Positions 28,874 through 32,000 of a stretch of 32,000 nt of DNA are shown piece after piece. A program made the position numbers and the translations under genes. The stretch covers positions 930,001 through 962,000 of the forward strand of contig NZ_LT934425.1 of NCBI RefSeq assembly GCF_900232105.1. Direction: 5' to 3'. Position 1 is the stretch's first letter, and each line of letters begins with the position of its first letter. The notes beneath the pieces were generated by a model. The model made no database searches. It saw nothing but the letters and a program-made list of their open reading frames with translations, and was not told the DNA's origin. The stretch comes from Candidatus Kuenenia stuttgartensis (lineage in GTDB: Bacteria; Planctomycetota; Brocadiia; Brocadiales; Brocadiaceae).

Positions 28874-30019
28874 TTATTTCCCGTTGAGCCGGATTTTGTT
28901 TTGTTTAACGACAGCATAATATTCCTTAATCGCAGGATCCATTGGTAATGCCTGATTCTTTTTCTCCCAAATCCAGCGCCCGTTAGCAGTATATTTCTTC
29001 ACCTCTGCCTTTTTCATTTGCCACCATGGTGCTCCACATGCGTAAATCCAAACATATTTAGGAGATAAGGCTGTCGTTTGCAAAAATTGTTCTTTAAATT
29101 TTACGGGAGAATATCGCGCCGATTTGTCTGAATAGCTCTTGCCAAGCGGCCACATTCCAAGTGCAACTGAACATCTTTCTTTCCAAAATACGGGATCTTC
29201 TACATGTTGTTTCATTGTTTTATTAATCGTGTTATATAGCCAGGTTATGGAGTCCACTCTTGTATTACTGTATGTACACTCTCCCGCGACAACGATACCT
29301 TTGTTGTTCTTCACGCTGGCCATCCCATTGAAAAAGTCAATCCATAACTCATAAGCATACGGCATGGTTCCTTCACCTGGATTAAACCAGTAAAAGGCGC
29401 CCTCTGGCAGAATAATAACCTCGATGTCTGGGAAAACTCCGGTCAACGACTGCATTATCTCTTTGCCGCGTTGGTATATCTTGGCCTTCAAAATATCTCG
29501 ATTCATTGACTTAAATCGTTCCGCCTTTGTGTCAAATAAAGAGGCTTTATACGGTTCTGTATCAAGTGCGATACCTTTCGTACCTGATTGTTTGATGAGA
29601 TCCGCAATATTTCTAAAATTATTGAGAACAACTGCCCATGCCTTGTCATCTGTCCAATTTGGTAATTCGCGATATCCAATAGCCACTTTAATAAAATTAC
29701 TGTCAATTCCGTAAGCAGCCCCTTCTTTATTGATTTTTGTTAACACCTCTATGTCTTTAAAAATCTGTTTCTTAGGTGTCCACCAATCCGCAACGTATGC
29801 CAGCATAAATCCATTTATGCCAATATTTTCTCCCCAATCGCTAAGGGTATCTGCAAGATAATCAGTATCTATAGCAGAAAACAATAATACTTTGGGACTA
29901 TTTGTCTGAGATTGTTTAGGAGACCCTAACAAAAATTGCCGTGGAATAATGCATATAAAAAAACATAGTATAAATAAAGAAAATATCTTACGTATAAACA
30001 TCTTTAATACTCCTTTCAT
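28874..30019 (-). CDS. secreted hypothetical protein, possibly TIM-barrel glycoside-hydrolase-like
   Basis: 381 aa with signal peptide; GIALDTEPYKA, PDIEVIILPEGAFYWF. Confidence 0.5.
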   Translation of the reverse strand: MKGVLKMFIRKIFSLFILCFFICIIPRQFLLGSPKQSQTNSPKVLLFSAIDTDYLADTLSDWGENIGINGFMLAYVADWWTPKKQIFKDIEVLTKINKEGAAYGIDSNFIKVAIGYRELPNWTDDKAWAVVLNNFRNIADLIKQSGTKGIALDTEPYKASLFDTKAERFKSMNRDILKAKIYQRGKEIMQSLTGVFPDIEVIILPEGAFYWFNPGEGTMPYAYELWIDFFNGMASVKNNKGIVVAGECTYSNTRVDSITWLYNTINKTMKQHVEDPVFWKERCSVALGMWPLGKSYSDKSARYSPVKFKEQFLQTTALSPKYVWIYACGAPWWQMKKAEVKKYTANGRWIWEKKNQALPMDPAIKEYYAVVKQNKIRLNGK

Positions 30020-30043
30020 ACCAAATGAAAATTCAAAGCCAGG

Positions 30044-30070
30044 ATCGGCTTCATTGATGGTGAAGCCGAT
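30044..30070. repeat. 10-bp stem, 7-nt loop hairpin
   Basis: ATCGGCTTCA ttgatgg TGAAGCCGAT. Confidence 0.75.
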
Positions 30071-30196
30071 AATTATGTAAATTACGATAAAATCTTTGAT
30101 TACGTATCGATCGCCACTGTCCTTCTGCCGAACGTAGTATTAATAAAACTTAATGAAATAACAAACGGACAAAACAATATAAAAATGAAATTCTCT

Positions 30197-30481
30197 TTAC
30201 CGATTCTGAAACCATTTATAAAAAAAACTTACAACCAATGATGATGCCAGGAGAAAATCGTACCACCCTATATAGGCCTTATGCCATATTGCTATATCCG
30301 CTATACCTTCTGGAAAAATTGCAGAACTCCGTAATGCCATGTATATAAATAATGTGATTATCGATAATGGGGCAGAAAATATACACTTTTTAATACGCCC
30401 AGGAATTGACATTTGCGAGTCATTAATCATTTGCATACTTTTTCGTTCAACACCGAAGATTTGCTTCATAACGTCTCCCAC
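30197..30481 (-). CDS. short membrane protein, possibly a fragment
   Basis: 94 aa with a hydrophobic segment. Confidence 0.3.
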   Translation of the reverse strand: MGDVMKQIFGVERKSMQMINDSQMSIPGRIKKCIFSAPLSIITLFIYMALRSSAIFPEGIADIAIWHKAYIGWYDFLLASSLVVSFFYKWFQNR

Positions 30482-30487
30482 CCATAA

Positions 30488-31615
30488 CTATTCTGCAAGT
30501 AATTGTTCCGTATTATAAACCATTTTTTGAACACTCATATTTTCTATAACACGTCGTCGTACTTTTTCCTTTAATGACATCATTTTTGTTAAATCTAAGG
30601 ATAGAAGACTATTCCAACCCATGACAATAGAACCTGGGCTTTTGGGGGCTAAAACTATTCCTGTATCCCCAACAATCCACCCCGAATCCCCAACATCCGT
30701 CACCACACAAGGCACTCCACACGCCATTGCCTCGCCAATAACATTGGGAAAACCCTCGCCATAAGAAGAAGAAGAAGTGGCAATATCTAAGGTATTATAT
30801 ACAAACGGCATATCAGAACGCGTACCTGTCCAAATAAGTTTAGTCTCTAAGCCATACTTACAAGAAAGCTCTCTTAGTCTGGATTTATATAGATCTGGGC
30901 CGTCACCAACACAAACAAAGCGGACATCTTTTCTTTCCTTTACTAATATAGCCGCTGCTTCAAGAAAGGTTGGGTGATCTTTCATGGGGTCAAGGCGTGC
31001 CACCAGGCCTATTACTTTTTCATCTTCTTTGATTCCCCATTCTGCCCTTATTCGAGTTCCTGACCCTGCATCGGGCTTGAATATTTCCGTGTCAATGCCA
31101 TTAGGAATCACCACCATTTTTTTTTCTGGGAAACCGCGTTTCTGATGATATTCCTTTCCAGCGTTAGAATTAACAATAATGGTATCTGCAAAACGTGAAA
31201 AAAAACACGCAACTCGAAATAGAAGACGCGCAAGCCAGTCGTACTGGCTTAAATCCACATTTGAGGCACGCACCCCCCATATCATCCTAACCCGAGGAAA
31301 CATGGGTTTAAGCAGAATAGTTAAAAGATTTGCTTCAAATAAGTATCCATGTAAGATATCCGGTTTTTCGCGATATACTAAACATATCAAACGCCAAAGA
31401 AAAGGAAATACATCCCACCGTTTACGTTTACCCAGGCTGATTACGGGTACACCTGCCTCCTGTAAATCGCGTTCAAGTGGACCACCATGATAGAAGACTG
31501 CCACTTCTACCTTATGCCTGCGTTCATGCAAACCTTTTGCAAGGGCTACGAGTTGCCGCTCGGCGCCACCGTAATTAAGCGAGCGGGTAAGGAAGAGTAT
31601 TTTTTTATTAGACAT
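30488..31615 (-). CDS. glycosyltransferase family 4
   Basis: SLNYGGAERQLVALAKGL, VIPNGIDTEIFKP, SSYGEGFPNVIGEAMACGVPCVVTDVGDSGWIV. Confidence 0.94.
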   Translation of the reverse strand: MSNKKILFLTRSLNYGGAERQLVALAKGLHERRHKVEVAVFYHGGPLERDLQEAGVPVISLGKRKRWDVFPFLWRLICLVYREKPDILHGYLFEANLLTILLKPMFPRVRMIWGVRASNVDLSQYDWLARLLFRVACFFSRFADTIIVNSNAGKEYHQKRGFPEKKMVVIPNGIDTEIFKPDAGSGTRIRAEWGIKEDEKVIGLVARLDPMKDHPTFLEAAAILVKERKDVRFVCVGDGPDLYKSRLRELSCKYGLETKLIWTGTRSDMPFVYNTLDIATSSSSYGEGFPNVIGEAMACGVPCVVTDVGDSGWIVGDTGIVLAPKSPGSIVMGWNSLLSLDLTKMMSLKEKVRRRVIENMSVQKMVYNTEQLLAE

Positions 31616-32000
31616 TTCCCTTTACAAATACAAATTCATTACAACCAAGCCTGCCACCACACGTCTTCAGTTTTTCCAAAACAAATCCTCTTTCTCTATA
31701 AAAGCTAAATATCTCTTCTGGCTTGGCTACTTCAAAGGGATAACCACCTAGCCAATCGTCCCAATCCCGAATAATTGACATGCCACGACGTTTTCTATAT
31801 TTCATAAAATAGCCTAATGGGTTGCGATACTTTACAAAGCCAGCCAATACGGCTAAAGTGAAGAGCCACGGATAAAATATTGCCTTAACCAAACACTTGC
31901 CAATCATCCCTGAACAATAAAATTGCTTAATCCTTCGCCAGCGTTTAGACCGACCACCTTGATCGTTGTAGATAGCAATAAACAACTTTCCACTGCTTGC
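31608..32000 (-). CDS. class I SAM-dependent methyltransferase, C-terminal part (5' end outside window)
   Basis: LFIAIYNDQGG..., MSIIRDWDDWLGGYPFEVAKPEEIFSFYRERGFVLEKLKTCGGRLGCNEFVFVK; frame stays open to the window edge. Confidence 0.6.
   Translation of the reverse strand, partial: ASSGKLFIAIYNDQGGRSKRWRRIKQFYCSGMIGKCLVKAIFYPWLFTLAVLAGFVKYRNPLGYFMKYRKRRGMSIIRDWDDWLGGYPFEVAKPEEIFSFYRERGFVLEKLKTCGGRLGCNEFVFVKGNV

Overview
This window looks like a decaying, mobile-element-rich exopolysaccharide / O-antigen-type glycan locus with nearly all genes on the minus strand. Host taxonomy was not established; an anammox-type planctomycete is only a guess. Glycan-related genes: an outer-membrane beta-barrel protein, two bacterial sugar transferases, two DegT-type aminotransferases (one with an in-frame TGA), a GNAT acetyltransferase, a FemAB-like protein, three GT4-type glycosyltransferases, a complete asparagine synthase plus a truncated paralogue, a secreted protein and a methyltransferase running off the right edge. 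Small-module genes: HicB/HicA (hicA frameshifted), YgiT/DUF6516(TumE-like)/coiled-coil, RHH/PIN, DUF433/DUF5615 (with an in-frame TGA), GxxExxY and an AlbA_2-type ATPase. Main points of interest: (1) two apparently identical 1.7-kb elements, 22,488 bp apart, encoding a 518-aa protein I cannot assign to a classical transposase family, with no obvious TIRs; (2) one of them interrupts an ORF-less group II intron whose uninterrupted sibling, about 17 kb away, provides the empty site; (3) a MITE family with GGGTGCATTCCCGATTTTTTGT termini and 8-9 bp TSDs, resembling the ends of the resident ISKra4-type IS, that is open to translation and has inserted into two small-module genes, one in frame and one out of frame; (4) a 158-bp MITE with perfect 29-bp inverted repeats; (5) several perfect long hairpins. 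All coordinates and alignments were done by eye.
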